In this document: positions 8,559 to 17,712 of the stretch, piece by piece
Numbering within the stretch: the stretch's first letter is position 1
Layout: each line of letters starts with the position of its first letter
Virus record (IMG/VR): IMGVR_UViG_2912101750_000002
Direction: 5' to 3' (one strand)
DNA from: a virus
Lineage: Duplodnaviria; Caudoviricetes
Length of the DNA stretch: 64,000 bases
Position numbers and translations under genes: made by a program
Notes under the pieces: model-generated
Told to the model about the DNA's origin: nothing
Seen by the model: the letters and a program-made list of their open reading frames with translations, nothing else
Database searches by the model: none

Positions 8559-9028
8559 CCTCCCCCACTATAAGCCGGCGCCTCCGGCACCTTATTTTCA
8601 GATCCAGTTACCGGCGCTTCGCCGTCATAGGCCACACCGCCATCTTCGCCGACCGCAGCCTTAGCACCTCCCTCGCCGTCTAGTGCGTTCTGCAGGGCGT
8701 TGGCCTGTTGCGTTGTGTACGGCAGGCGGTAAAGCACAGCCTCGCCGTCGCCGTCCTTAAGCAGCGCGTCTATGTAGCGGTCCACCTGTATGTCAGCGCC
8801 CAACACCTGATAGTCACCAGGCGGTGGCGTTACTGGAAGTGGCCTCCCAAGGCTAAGCGCAACCATGGCCACGGCGGCCAACGAGGCGGGTAGGAGCGCC
8901 ACCGTAGTCCACTTTCGTAATGCGTCGTAGGCGAATGCGGCAAGCACTATGGCAAGCGCCAGGCAGGCGGTGGCGGGGCTTGTGTGGGCGTATACGGAAA
9001 ACGCCGCCGTGTGTAGCCAGTTTGTCAT
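8555..9028 (-). CDS. membrane protein (2 TM plus periplasmic domain)
   Basis: two hydrophobic helices, then SLGRP and LYRLPY motifs. Confidence 0.7.
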   Translation of the reverse strand: MTNWLHTAAFSVYAHTSPATACLALAIVLAAFAYDALRKWTTVALLPASLAAVAMVALSLGRPLPVTPPPGDYQVLGADIQVDRYIDALLKDGDGEAVLYRLPYTTQQANALQNALDGEGGAKAAVGEDGGVAYDGEAPVTGSENKVPEAPAYSGGG

Positions 9029-9122
9029 GGAAGCGGCTCCAGCGGGCCAAGCATGCGGTTGCCAACGATGATGAAGATGGTCATGGCAACCGCGACTACC
9101 GCGATGTAGATGAGGAGGGCTG

Positions 9123-9320
9123 TCAAAGCCTGCCCCCTGTAGCGACAAGGCCGCACCCGAACGCCGCTAAGCTACCGATAGCCACAATCGACGCAAGGAC
9201 AACGGCTCTCGCAAAGTCACCATGAAGAGCTGCGTCCGCCATCGTGTAGCTGGTTGCTGCGATGATGCATGACAACACGCAGAACGGCACCCAAAAGAAC
9301 CAACGAACTGGAAATGTCAT
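9123..9320 (-). CDS. small 2-TM membrane protein
   Basis: two hydrophobic segments; coupled. Confidence 0.55.
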   Translation of the reverse strand: MTFPVRWFFWVPFCVLSCIIAATSYTMADAALHGDFARAVVLASIVAIGSLAAFGCGLVATGGRL

Positions 9321-9556
9321 TTGCTGCGCTCCAAAAGCATCGCGTCGGCAAACGTGTACGCAACCTTGGCGATAAACGGTTCTTCCTCCATGCCTCGCGC
9401 TTTTGCCGCCTGAGAACAGAGTGTCATCACCTCTGGTGTGGACACAGACGCCAGATACCCGGCAAGCGCTTGACCTGCGAACCAGTCGCGTAACGCCATA
9501 CCGCTATCCGATGCACCGTAGGCGCCAGGTACCGGGAACGCACTTTTTGTTGTCAT
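9317..9556 (-). CDS. conserved small phage protein
   Basis: GMALRDWFAGQALAG...AYTFADAML motif common in phages. Confidence 0.75.
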   Translation of the reverse strand: MTTKSAFPVPGAYGASDSGMALRDWFAGQALAGYLASVSTPEVMTLCSQAAKARGMEEEPFIAKVAYTFADAMLLERSK

Positions 9557-10128
9557 TTTCCTGCACTCCTCAAAGGCACATAAACTTCATTCATCGAACC
9601 AGCCACCACTCGCCCACCGGCCAACCGGAACTGCGCTACGGTGCGCTCTTGCGCTTGGCGGATGTCCAGATTGGCAGCAGGAAACAGAAGCGGCAGACCG
9701 TCGCCCATGCGTATCTCAATACGCACCTTGGCCACCTTCTCGAGCACCGAATACCCGTGGACGTTCACAACGTACCTGCCATCCGGCAAGCCGCGACCAA
9801 ACTGACACTCCTGCCTGACGGGTTCGCTGTCATCCATGCCGAGGTCGTCACGCACGAGGTCAAGAACGTTGCCGCCCTTGTGGCTGTACCCGGTCGCAAT
9901 TTCCTGACCTGGAGCTGTTGCCCACAGGTCCAAATCGTTGTGGCCCTGCCACGTCATGCAAATCATCATATCGCCGGGTGGCGGAACGGCTTCGGGGGAT
10001 GCCTTGGTTGGCGGATTGATCTGCGGCAAAGCCAAGAACACGTAAGACGCAAAGACAAATGTCAGCCCAAGAAGCACGTCAACAAAAGCGAACAACCATA
10101 CATGTGTAGCGTGCGACGGGCGGCTCAT
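9553..10128 (-). CDS. single-TM protein with MotB/ExbD-like Asp helix and YfaP/DUF2135-like domain
   Basis: AFVDVLLGL TM; WQGHNDLDLWATAP, LDLVRDDLG, GRYVVNVHGY. Confidence 0.7.
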   Translation of the reverse strand: MSRPSHATHVWLFAFVDVLLGLTFVFASYVFLALPQINPPTKASPEAVPPPGDMMICMTWQGHNDLDLWATAPGQEIATGYSHKGGNVLDLVRDDLGMDDSEPVRQECQFGRGLPDGRYVVNVHGYSVLEKVAKVRIEIRMGDGLPLLFPAANLDIRQAQERTVAQFRLAGGRVVAGSMNEVYVPLRSAGK

Positions 10129-10634
10129 CTTGCGGCCAGCTTGTCGGTTGCAGTTGCAAGAATGCGAAGGTTGATCGACGTACACAGTGCTAGCGTGAGG
10201 CCAACCAGCGTGGATCCGAATGCGGTCCCGGCGCCAGTCAGTAGCTGCGCACCCGCCTTGCGTATGCCTTCCGGGTCGGACATGGCGGCGATATCGACGC
10301 CACCGAAGGCAATCAAGAAGCCAATAGCGTTTCCTATGATGCCTAGCAGGAACAGCGCAACGAAGACGTCGTAGAGGTGGGCGCTTTCTCTAACGATTGA
10401 CGTGTAGGCGCGGGAGCGCTCGTCGCCATTCCACATGCGCTGGCGAAGCCTCTTGTCGACCTTTCGCGCTTGCCACAAAGTCGACATAAGGCCCACCACA
10501 AACACGGCGGCAATGACATAAGCCATATGCACGGCGTCCGCTTCCGTGACGCGTTGCACATACCCCATAAGCCAAGCCCACACAGCAAGGCAGGCTCCGG
10601 CGAAGTTGACGATATAGAGTTTTGTTAGGGTCAT
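10125..10634 (-). CDS. MotA/TolQ/ExbB proton-channel family protein
   Basis: 4 TM segments; LLGIIGNAIG and GAGTAFGSTLVG helices. Confidence 0.75.
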   Translation of the reverse strand: MTLTKLYIVNFAGACLAVWAWLMGYVQRVTEADAVHMAYVIAAVFVVGLMSTLWQARKVDKRLRQRMWNGDERSRAYTSIVRESAHLYDVFVALFLLGIIGNAIGFLIAFGGVDIAAMSDPEGIRKAGAQLLTGAGTAFGSTLVGLTLALCTSINLRILATATDKLAAR

Positions 10635-10831
10635 TGTGCACCTTTGACAATCGAGCCGATGTCGACGCACTCGTAGAAATATTTTGCAGGAGCCAAGCCC
10701 TTGGCTTCATAATCTGCCGCCCATTTATTGACGGCCTCCTCGCACGATATCTCCGATGAAACGGGGAAGCGCTCCATGTATTGCACTCCTCCCATATTAG
10801 TGGTCACGACGATGACAGCCAGCCAATTCAT
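10631..10831 (-). CDS. small secreted Cys-pair protein
   Basis: hydrophobic N-terminus, two Cys; coupled both sides. Confidence 0.55.
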   Translation of the reverse strand: MNWLAVIVVTTNMGGVQYMERFPVSSEISCEEAVNKWAADYEAKGLAPAKYFYECVDIGSIVKGAQ

Positions 10832-11508
10832 CACACCCTCCCAAGCAGCGAGCACACCGCACTCGACGGAACAGCAAAGCCCCACGCCGCAACAGCCGAG
10901 CCGCCCGGCTTAGCATTCGGGTCAGCGCTGCCAACCGTGATGCCGATAACCTGTCCGGCATTGTCGTACACTGGCCCGCCGCTCATACCTGAAATGGTCG
11001 TCATGTCCGTAATGAACGCCGATTTCCAGTTCGGCTGGAGTTCGCGGACGGTGCCCGACACGTAGCCGTGCATGGTGATGAACTGCATACCGAGCGGGTT
11101 GCCCTCCGCCGCCAGAGGCTCACCCACAACAGCATCTCGGCAAGCCAAGGGCGCAGCGGTAAAGCGACGCGCATTCGCCGGCCGGATGGCCGCGATGTCG
11201 TACTCTTTGTTGAGCCAGAGGACTTCGCCGGTCTGAACGTCGCCTTGGTCGCTGATAAGGCGCACCGTAGGTGGCACAGACGCATCGCAATTGCTGAAGC
11301 CTGCGCCATTGCAGCGCGGCGCATCGTCCACTACGTGAGCAGCCGTGATAATGACGCCGTTGCCGATATAGACGCCGCTCCCGAGTGACGTGGGCAACTC
11401 AATACGAACTGAAGAACCCGCCGCAGGTGCATTGGACTGGATGCCAGTGGCACACCCCACAACACACAGGGCCGAGGCAGCAAAAAGGGTGGCGGCAAGA
11501 ATGCGCAT
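10831..11508 (-). CDS. trypsin-like serine protease, probable lipoprotein
   Basis: TAAHVV, DIA, GMSGGP triad motifs; signal peptide with VVGC lipobox. Confidence 0.85.
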   Translation of the reverse strand: MRILAATLFAASALCVVGCATGIQSNAPAAGSSVRIELPTSLGSGVYIGNGVIITAAHVVDDAPRCNGAGFSNCDASVPPTVRLISDQGDVQTGEVLWLNKEYDIAAIRPANARRFTAAPLACRDAVVGEPLAAEGNPLGMQFITMHGYVSGTVRELQPNWKSAFITDMTTISGMSGGPVYDNAGQVIGITVGSADPNAKPGGSAVAAWGFAVPSSAVCSLLGRV

Positions 11509-11552
11509 GAGAGTCCCCTGTGGTTGTGGTTGTGTTTAGGCAGTAAGGAAAG

Positions 11553-11936
11553 TCAGTGAGTGGTAGGCACCTTCACGAAGTCGACAGACTCCGAATAGTA
11601 GCCGTTGGAACTGCCGAACCAGCGGATGTCAACAGAACCCTTGATCGTTGCAAGCTTATAGAATGTCCAAGTGAAGGAGTCGTATTCCAACTCCTTGTTA
11701 AAACTGTCTGTGCTTGTTACCTCTTCGGCGCGCAAAACAGGGTGGCCAATCAGGTCCGCGAGATCGCCTATGACGTCCTCTACGTACACACTCTCGCAAC
11801 AATCCTGCGAGTGATACATCTTGTAGCGTTCGCCATCTTCCATCGTGAAGATGATCTCTTCGCCGCTGTTTTCGATATTGGCGATAACGCGGCCAATCAG
11901 ACTTTCAAATGCAACGTCCTCATCGCGCCAACCCAT
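11553..11936 (-). CDS. conserved phage protein, first gene of accessory operon
   Basis: [10 protein letters not shown] and [12 protein letters not shown] motifs; SD GAGGAGG. Confidence 0.8.
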   Translation of the reverse strand: MGWRDEDVAFESLIGRVIANIENSGEEIIFTMEDGERYKMYHSQDCCESVYVEDVIGDLADLIGHPVLRAEEVTSTDSFNKELEYDSFTWTFYKLATIKGSVDIRWFGSSNGYYSESVDFVKVPTTH

Positions 11937-11976
11937 CGTCGCCTCCTCATGGAATCAACTTAAATGCTGTATCGTC

Positions 11977-12006
11977 AAACTAGGCGTTTTCACATTTTTT
12001 GTCAAG
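11977..12006 (-). promoter_or_regulatory. sigma70-type promoter with embedded operator
   Basis: TTGACA-17-TAGTTT; 26 bp identical to 55447..55472. Confidence 0.75.
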
Positions 12007-12048
12007 AGAAAAGGCGTTTTACACAATATGCGCTAGGAATCCAGGCAC

Positions 12049-12082
12049 AAAAAAACCGCCCCAACCTTTCGGAAGGGGCGGT
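12049..12082 (-). terminator. terminator after lysis cassette
   Basis: ACCGCCCC/GGGGCGGT stem plus T-run. Confidence 0.8.
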
Positions 12083-12086
12083 GCTT

Positions 12087-12479
12087 TTAGCTCTGCGTGT
12101 TGCGCGGCGAGTCCAGCCACTTGTCCAGCCGATCGCCCAGGCGGTCGATAGCGGCAACTACCCGCTCCTCAACGAGGCGGATGGCGTTGTTGGTGGCGTA
12201 ATTGGTGGCGACGGTAAGCTTGTATTCGTCCAGCTCTCTGGCGGTCTTGGCGCGGACCTCCTCAGCCTTCTCTAGTGCCTTGGCGATGTTGGCGTTTGCA
12301 AGAGCCAGAGCAGATGCGAGCGCGGCTAGTTGCTTCTCGTTCTCGTCCTCTAGCTTGTCTAGCCCCTTGGTGTTCTCGCCAACCTGACCGCGCAACGTGT
12401 ACCAAGCACCAAGTCCCGCTCCCAACAGCGTAAACAATGCAATGAGTGTCGGTATGCCGACTGACATATCGAAGGTCAC
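12087..12479 (-). CDS. TM plus coiled-coil lysis-region protein
   Basis: N-terminal TM helix followed by heptad-rich region. Confidence 0.7.
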   Translation of the reverse strand: MTFDMSVGIPTLIALFTLLGAGLGAWYTLRGQVGENTKGLDKLEDENEKQLAALASALALANANIAKALEKAEEVRAKTARELDEYKLTVATNYATNNAIRLVEERVVAAIDRLGDRLDKWLDSPRNTQS

Positions 12480-12781
12480 TTGCTTGCAGCCTTGCCACGG
12501 ATAGCCGCATCACGCTCAGCGTAGAAATCCCGCAGCGCCTTGCTGCGACGGGCGCAATCAATCAGCGCCTTCCTGTCACTAATCCAAAGCCGCTCGACAT
12601 CACCTTGCTTCAACTCGCCCTTCGGCAAGCGCACTGGGCCAAGACAAGCTTTGACCAGTGCGCGGTCAGGCTCACTCAACTGAGGCGGCGGCGGCGCAAC
12701 GTTAATGGATCGAGTCGATACGCATCCCGCTGCCATCAGACAGGCAAACGCGATCGCGGTCAGGGTCAGCGTTAGCTTCAT
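12476..12781 (-). CDS. o-spanin (Rz1-like lipoprotein)
   Basis: lipobox AAGC, Pro-rich, overlaps i-spanin. Confidence 0.75.
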   Translation of the reverse strand: MKLTLTLTAIAFACLMAAGCVSTRSINVAPPPPQLSEPDRALVKACLGPVRLPKGELKQGDVERLWISDRKALIDCARRSKALRDFYAERDAAIRGKAASK

Positions 12782-13076
12782 CTGAGAGTTCCTTGATATG
12801 TGCTTCTAGGGCAGCATTAGCCGCCTCGAGTTCGTCCAGCCGCTTTTGTTCAGCGGCTTTAGCCATCGCGTTGGCCTGCGCCTGGCGGCTGATCTCAGCA
12901 TTGTAGGCTTCGGTGATGGCGGCCTCACGCTGGTCGTATTTCACCTGCCATGTGTGTGACGCGGACGAGTAACCAGAGTGGTACGTCCACGCCAGCACGG
13001 CAGCAACGGCGAGCGCGGCAATGCCGTAGACAATGAGACTGGCGTAGCCGCCAGTAAGGGTGTCGAGTAGTTTCAT
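12702..13076 (-). CDS. i-spanin (Rz-like)
   Basis: N-terminal TM, coiled coil, C-terminal Cys. Confidence 0.75.
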   Translation of the reverse strand: MKLLDTLTGGYASLIVYGIAALAVAAVLAWTYHSGYSSASHTWQVKYDQREAAITEAYNAEISRQAQANAMAKAAEQKRLDELEAANAALEAHIKELSDEANADPDRDRVCLSDGSGMRIDSIH

Positions 13077-13549
13077 TTGACACCCTCAAGGCACAGCTTG
13101 CGCTCTTCGGCACGGCGAGTAACTAGGCCCTTGATGATACGCCCGCCAGCAGTATTCCAGTGCGGCAACTCGTTGCACGCGCCGCGAAGGTCGCCGGCAT
13201 TAAGCTTCTTGGCAAGTGTCGATTTGCAGAAGGCACCGACACCGACGTTATAAGAGAACGACAGAAAGGCCACATAGGACTTATCAGGAACGGCATCCGG
13301 CATCTTCATGCACTTGCGCATGCCGGTCTCGAATTCAACCAATGCCTGACCAAGCATGCCACGGCACTCGTCCATGGTGTACTTGTCACCCATCTTGACG
13401 CCGCGCGTCTCGCCGAAGCATACCGTGGGCACCCCGACAACATCGCGATAGGCGTGCGTGCGAACGCCCTCAAAGCCGCCGATAAGGCCGACCGCAAGCG
13501 AGCCGGCGACGGTAAGGCCTACCGCCGCATTCTTAAGTCTGCTAGCCAT
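13073..13549 (-). CDS. endolysin, GH24 lysozyme with SAR-like N-terminus
   Basis: FEG...YRDVVGVPTVCFGET, YNVG, GLVTRR. Confidence 0.92.
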   Translation of the reverse strand: MASRLKNAAVGLTVAGSLAVGLIGGFEGVRTHAYRDVVGVPTVCFGETRGVKMGDKYTMDECRGMLGQALVEFETGMRKCMKMPDAVPDKSYVAFLSFSYNVGVGAFCKSTLAKKLNAGDLRGACNELPHWNTAGGRIIKGLVTRRAEERKLCLEGVK

Positions 13550-13760
13550 GTGGAAGGTTCCTCTGAACAACAAGGCGGGCATAGAAGCCGGCCGCAGCGG
13601 TAATGCCCGATAGTGAAGCGAAGATGCCGCGCGGAATGTCGACATAGCCGTCCAACAACGGTAGTGCGACCTCAAGCGCGGTAAACAGTAGCGCAAGCGC
13701 GTTAAGGCGGGCGCTCCAGGCGCGCGTTAGCACGTCCCGCCAGTTTGGTAGGAGTTTCAT
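13542..13760 (-). CDS. holin
   Basis: MKLLPNWRDVLTRAWS, two TMs, ARLVVQ; directly upstream of endolysin. Confidence 0.75.
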   Translation of the reverse strand: MKLLPNWRDVLTRAWSARLNALALLFTALEVALPLLDGYVDIPRGIFASLSGITAAAGFYARLVVQRNLPHG

Positions 13761-13792
13761 TTTGTATCCTCTGGTGGGCTTGCTGTGTGCGC

Positions 13793-14002
13793 CTAACCCC
13801 ACCGCAACCGCTTGGCGCAGTACATGCCGCGGCGTTCCCATCGGGCTAGTTCGCGCAGGCAGTGGTTCGGCTCAATGCGGCTGAGCAGGCGGCAAAGTAG
13901 GCAGTTTGGGTTGCGGGCCGCTAGCCTGGCGCATAGCGTTTGGCCCTTGCGGCCGCCAGTGATGCGGTTTATAAGGCGGGAGATGTTGCCAAGAGTGGTC
14001 AT
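13793..14002 (-). CDS. small Cys/His protein
   Basis: QTLCAR...CLLC...HC motif. Confidence 0.55.
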   Translation of the reverse strand: MTTLGNISRLINRITGGRKGQTLCARLAARNPNCLLCRLLSRIEPNHCLRELARWERRGMYCAKRLRWG

Positions 14003-14037
14003 TGCGTTTGCGCTTCATTTCTGGTATGCGGTTAGCC

Positions 14038-14166
14038 ATGAAAATAGCCACCCGCATAGTCGCTGACATACTCAACTGGCTAGCGGTCGCAGCACTTCTC
14101 GCGTTGCTCTTGCCTTTCTGGCTGATTGATCGCATTGAGCGAGCAATAAAGTGGGCGCGCACCTAA
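14038..14166 (+). CDS. 42-aa membrane peptide antisense to late operon (not in ORF track)
   Basis: MKIATRIVADILNWLAVAALLALLLPFWLIDRIERAIKWART fills the intergenic gap. Confidence 0.45.
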   Translation: MKIATRIVADILNWLAVAALLALLLPFWLIDRIERAIKWART

Positions 14167-14569
14167 AGCTTAGCAGCCGCCACGAACAACCCATCAACCT
14201 GCTCATCGGTCAGGCCAACCTCAATTGCGAGCGCCTGCAGATATGCATGGTCCCGTGAGATGTAGGTAGCCTTCCGCCACCAGATGCGCACCGGCTCGTG
14301 TCGATCATGGCGTTGACGGTTGTTAGCAATGTGCCGTTGTCGACGTTGTACAAGGCGATTTCGGCCTGGGCGGGCGATACGCGGTCGGGGATTGGTTCTG
14401 GCTGCTCGGCATAGGGGGCAATCACGCCTCCTGCGGCTTCCCATTCGGCCACTAGAACGCGATCCATGTTGCTCATGTCGTCGGGGATGCCGACCGTTCG
14501 CCCATCGATCACGGCGATAATGGAGCCGTTGCCATTGTAGAAGGCTGATTCAACGGTGGCCATGGTCAA
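14163..14569 (-). pseudogene. tail-fibre-associated protein split by a frameshift near 14298
   Basis: N-half (VSPAQAEIAL) and C-half (VRIWWRKA...GLTDEQVDGLF) lie in different frames. Confidence 0.65.
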
Positions 14570-16092
14570 AGCTCCGCACTGAATTCGATATAGCTGGTGC
14601 CAGAATTGTACCGGATCTGACTTCCTGCGTCAGTTACGCCGCCAGACGCGACGTTGAAGGCCACTGCCGAGAACAGCCCGGATGTCCATAGCAAGGATGC
14701 CCCTGTGACAGTGATGTTGCCGACGCCAGAAAGGCGGATGGTCATGTCGTTCGACACAACCGACGGGGATGTCCTGAAGGGTGACGGATGCGAAAAGGCC
14801 CATGCAAAGTCTGTGGTATTTTGCCATTGCCCCGTTACAAACCGGGTGCCAGGGCCACCGCCCAGAAGCCGCACATAGTATCGCTGGCACAGCGCGAAAT
14901 CCTGCGCATACGGGCGGAACTCAGTCGGATAGGTCTTGCCCGTCGCATCGTAGTCAAGCAGTTCCCAGGCGACATCGAGCGTAGAACTCTGCGCCTGAGC
15001 GGTCTCTGTCCAGATGAAGACGATGAGATTGTTGGCAGACGCACCTACCGTGGCGGTCAGCAGGAAATTCGTGACGGTTGCCGCAGTGGGTGTGATCGCC
15101 CCTACCGCAAGCACATTGAGCGTGGTCGAATTGAAGAACTGTCCAGCCGTGAAGGTACCGTTCGTCCATGAGTTGACGATATCTGAAGTGACGGTGTCGG
15201 CCGTGCCAGTCCATTCCAGAATGGCATAACGTGTCGCTGCGGCAAGCGAGTTTCGCAACTTCCCTATCAGAGTTACGGTCTTGCCACGTAGCCCGATGCA
15301 ATCCCGGCTCTCGATAATCTGCGAGTTGCCCATACGCTGCGCTGTGGCCTGCGACTGGGTCATCCTCATCATGTAAGGCAGGCCATTCGCCACGTTCGTC
15401 AGGGTCGAAATGGCAATCGCTGCGGTTTGTGTCAGGAGATTGTGTCGGTCCCATCCATAGGTATCATCCGTTGGAGCCGTGGCGCCGCGCTGATTGACCG
15501 CGCCGTTACCGTTGATCAGGTGGTTGCGCGTTGACGTTCCAAGGTGAGTCAACTTAACAATCGGAATAGCCGGATTGGTCGCATCAACGGTGATTCCAGT
15601 CCCAGCCGCTAGGCTGCTAACTGCTCCACCAGATGCATTCGCCACGGCAAATGGCCCATCCCATGCCGTGCCGGTCCAGCGGTAGAACGCGAACGCAACA
15701 CCGATCTCTGCATGGAGGAATAGGAAGCCTTTGTCTGCCACTGTAAGCGACAAAGCAGCGCGGTCGGTCAGGGTGCCAGAAGCGTCCGGCGTGATGCCAG
15801 CCAGACTAAGCGTAACCAACACTCTCGAGAGCGTGGTATTCAAATCCACCACGCTGGCCGCGGATGCATTCTCCAACGCAATGCTGTAGGTCGCACCGCT
15901 AGCCGTGGTACCCGGCCAGTTGTAGTCAAGTACGATGTGCGTGTTGTCCGTTACGGACGCGATCGGCACAGCAATACCAGCGCACGAGAATATGCCGCCA
16001 GCCACTAGTGCTACAGCCCATGCTGTACCGGTGCCTACAACCGTAGCGCTGCCATTCGTCACGGAAACCGTGCCGGTTTTGTAAGTCGACAA
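14566..16092 (-). CDS. tail fibre / receptor-binding protein
   Basis: YKTGTVSVTNGS start, RNHLINGN, LCQRYY, FSAEL end. Confidence 0.85.
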   Translation of the reverse strand: MSTYKTGTVSVTNGSATVVGTGTAWAVALVAGGIFSCAGIAVPIASVTDNTHIVLDYNWPGTTASGATYSIALENASAASVVDLNTTLSRVLVTLSLAGITPDASGTLTDRAALSLTVADKGFLFLHAEIGVAFAFYRWTGTAWDGPFAVANASGGAVSSLAAGTGITVDATNPAIPIVKLTHLGTSTRNHLINGNGAVNQRGATAPTDDTYGWDRHNLLTQTAAIAISTLTNVANGLPYMMRMTQSQATAQRMGNSQIIESRDCIGLRGKTVTLIGKLRNSLAAATRYAILEWTGTADTVTSDIVNSWTNGTFTAGQFFNSTTLNVLAVGAITPTAATVTNFLLTATVGASANNLIVFIWTETAQAQSSTLDVAWELLDYDATGKTYPTEFRPYAQDFALCQRYYVRLLGGGPGTRFVTGQWQNTTDFAWAFSHPSPFRTSPSVVSNDMTIRLSGVGNITVTGASLLWTSGLFSAVAFNVASGGVTDAGSQIRYNSGTSYIEFSAEL

Positions 16093-16103
16093 TGTTGGAT
16101 TCC

Positions 16104-17696
16104 TTATAGGCTTTGCGGCACGCCGAAGATGTAGTACCTGGCGCCCTTAAGCTGCGAACTCCAGAACGAAGCGCTAGGCTGGATTGTCCAAGGGTTGTTG
16201 CCAGATGCGTATATGTCTACGCTTGTTGAGGACGTTGGGTTGGCCCACGTCGAGTAACCTGACGTTTGCCCCTGCCATGTGCCGTTGTTGGTAAAGACGC
16301 GGTGCTGGCCCCATAGCGCGGACGGCTCATCGAAGGCAGACAGAACCCCTGGCGGATTGTAGATCGCGCCAACTTTGGGAAAGAGCAGAAGGCCATTGGG
16401 GTTTGGCACCGTTATGGTCGCCTTGCGAACGCCTTTGAACAAGTCACTTCCGGATATGACAGTCGGGAAATCAGTCGTCCAAGTGAGAAACCCTTCCGCC
16501 AGAATCGGCAGATAGGTCAGCCGCGTGTCGAGCATGATGTCGCTTAGGTTCGGGCCGAGGTCGGAAGATCCCGGACGCTTTACCTGGACATAATCGCCAA
16601 TGCCATCATTGCCCTTCAAAAATATCTTCTTGCCTCCGGTCGTCGGAGCCTCGCCGCTATCAGCGTATATCACATAGACGATATCCATTGACTGGCTGCA
16701 ATTGCTGACAATCGTTACTGTTGAGCCGGAAACCGTGTAAGAGAAATCGTTGGCGTTAGCGAAGATGTTGTCGATGTACGGAGGCGACCAATACGTGCTT
16801 TCGGTGGACTTCTTAACAAGGTAGTCCATATAAGTAAGTTCGGTTAGCGGCAGTCGCGTTGTTATAACAACAGTCGCCAATGCACCAACCGTGACTGTTC
16901 CCGTCGCCATGACCTTTGCTGGGATTCTATCCTCATGCAGGATATAGTGACCAGCGTCAGAATCCGTTACGGTGCGCCCAGCCAGCGCCACTCTTGCTAT
17001 GCCCGGCGACACCTTATCAAATCGCACGACTTCCTGCCCCGAAGCGGGCGCGGCGGAATTATCCGGAATCGCCTCGTCATGCATCGGCAGGTCGAACACG
17101 GTCGCAAGCACGCGCCTGATGGCGGGTGCTGCATTGGAACTTGAAACGAAAGCGAAGACGGCCGGCCTGTTTCGTCCGGAAGGTCCACCATTCGAACCAG
17201 TGTCGATCACCCTGTTCGTTTCGCAGTCATAGCTCGAATATGACGCCGTGTTGCCATTGCTCGCGCCGGAATTGCTAATGTCAACGTGCGGTCCTTGGAA
17301 TTGATTTGTCGTGTAGTTGATCACCTGGCGCATTTCGACCAGCGGCATGAACGTATAGCCGTACACCGCGGCGAAATATTCCAGGAAGTAATTCCACCGT
17401 TGATATTGGCGCCCACTGACGGTGAAAGCTTGGATGAGTATCTGGCAGTTATTCTTGTTGCTGCCTGGAGGATAGAAATATTCGGTCGGATTGATGTTGC
17501 TTCCTGTAGGTGGATATGTCGTGAAATCCGGTTCAATAACGAAAATATCCCGGATATACCCAACCTTCTGGAACTCGGAGTTAAAGTAGAACTTCCCGGT
17601 GTCCGTATTTGGCGTTGTCAGCGGATCGTCGCTGTTGCTCTTCATGATTTTGGCGAACGGCACACCAGACCGTTCGCCAATTGCCAGATTTGGCAT
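16104..17696 (-). CDS. minor tail protein
   Basis: beta-rich 530 aa between tail tip and fibre. Confidence 0.7.
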   Translation of the reverse strand: MPNLAIGERSGVPFAKIMKSNSDDPLTTPNTDTGKFYFNSEFQKVGYIRDIFVIEPDFTTYPPTGSNINPTEYFYPPGSNKNNCQILIQAFTVSGRQYQRWNYFLEYFAAVYGYTFMPLVEMRQVINYTTNQFQGPHVDISNSGASNGNTASYSSYDCETNRVIDTGSNGGPSGRNRPAVFAFVSSSNAAPAIRRVLATVFDLPMHDEAIPDNSAAPASGQEVVRFDKVSPGIARVALAGRTVTDSDAGHYILHEDRIPAKVMATGTVTVGALATVVITTRLPLTELTYMDYLVKKSTESTYWSPPYIDNIFANANDFSYTVSGSTVTIVSNCSQSMDIVYVIYADSGEAPTTGGKKIFLKGNDGIGDYVQVKRPGSSDLGPNLSDIMLDTRLTYLPILAEGFLTWTTDFPTVISGSDLFKGVRKATITVPNPNGLLLFPKVGAIYNPPGVLSAFDEPSALWGQHRVFTNNGTWQGQTSGYSTWANPTSSTSVDIYASGNNPWTIQPSASFWSSQLKGARYYIFGVPQSL

Positions 17697-17712
17697 TCGC
17701 CACCCATTGATT

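Noticed and set aside
9553-10634. Zorya defence system
   Set aside because: No long ZorA tail, no OmpA-type domain, no zorC/D/E; kept as a distinct module
14566-17696. Diversity-generating retroelement or invertible tail-fibre cassette
   Set aside because: No reverse transcriptase, invertase or template/variable repeat pair seen
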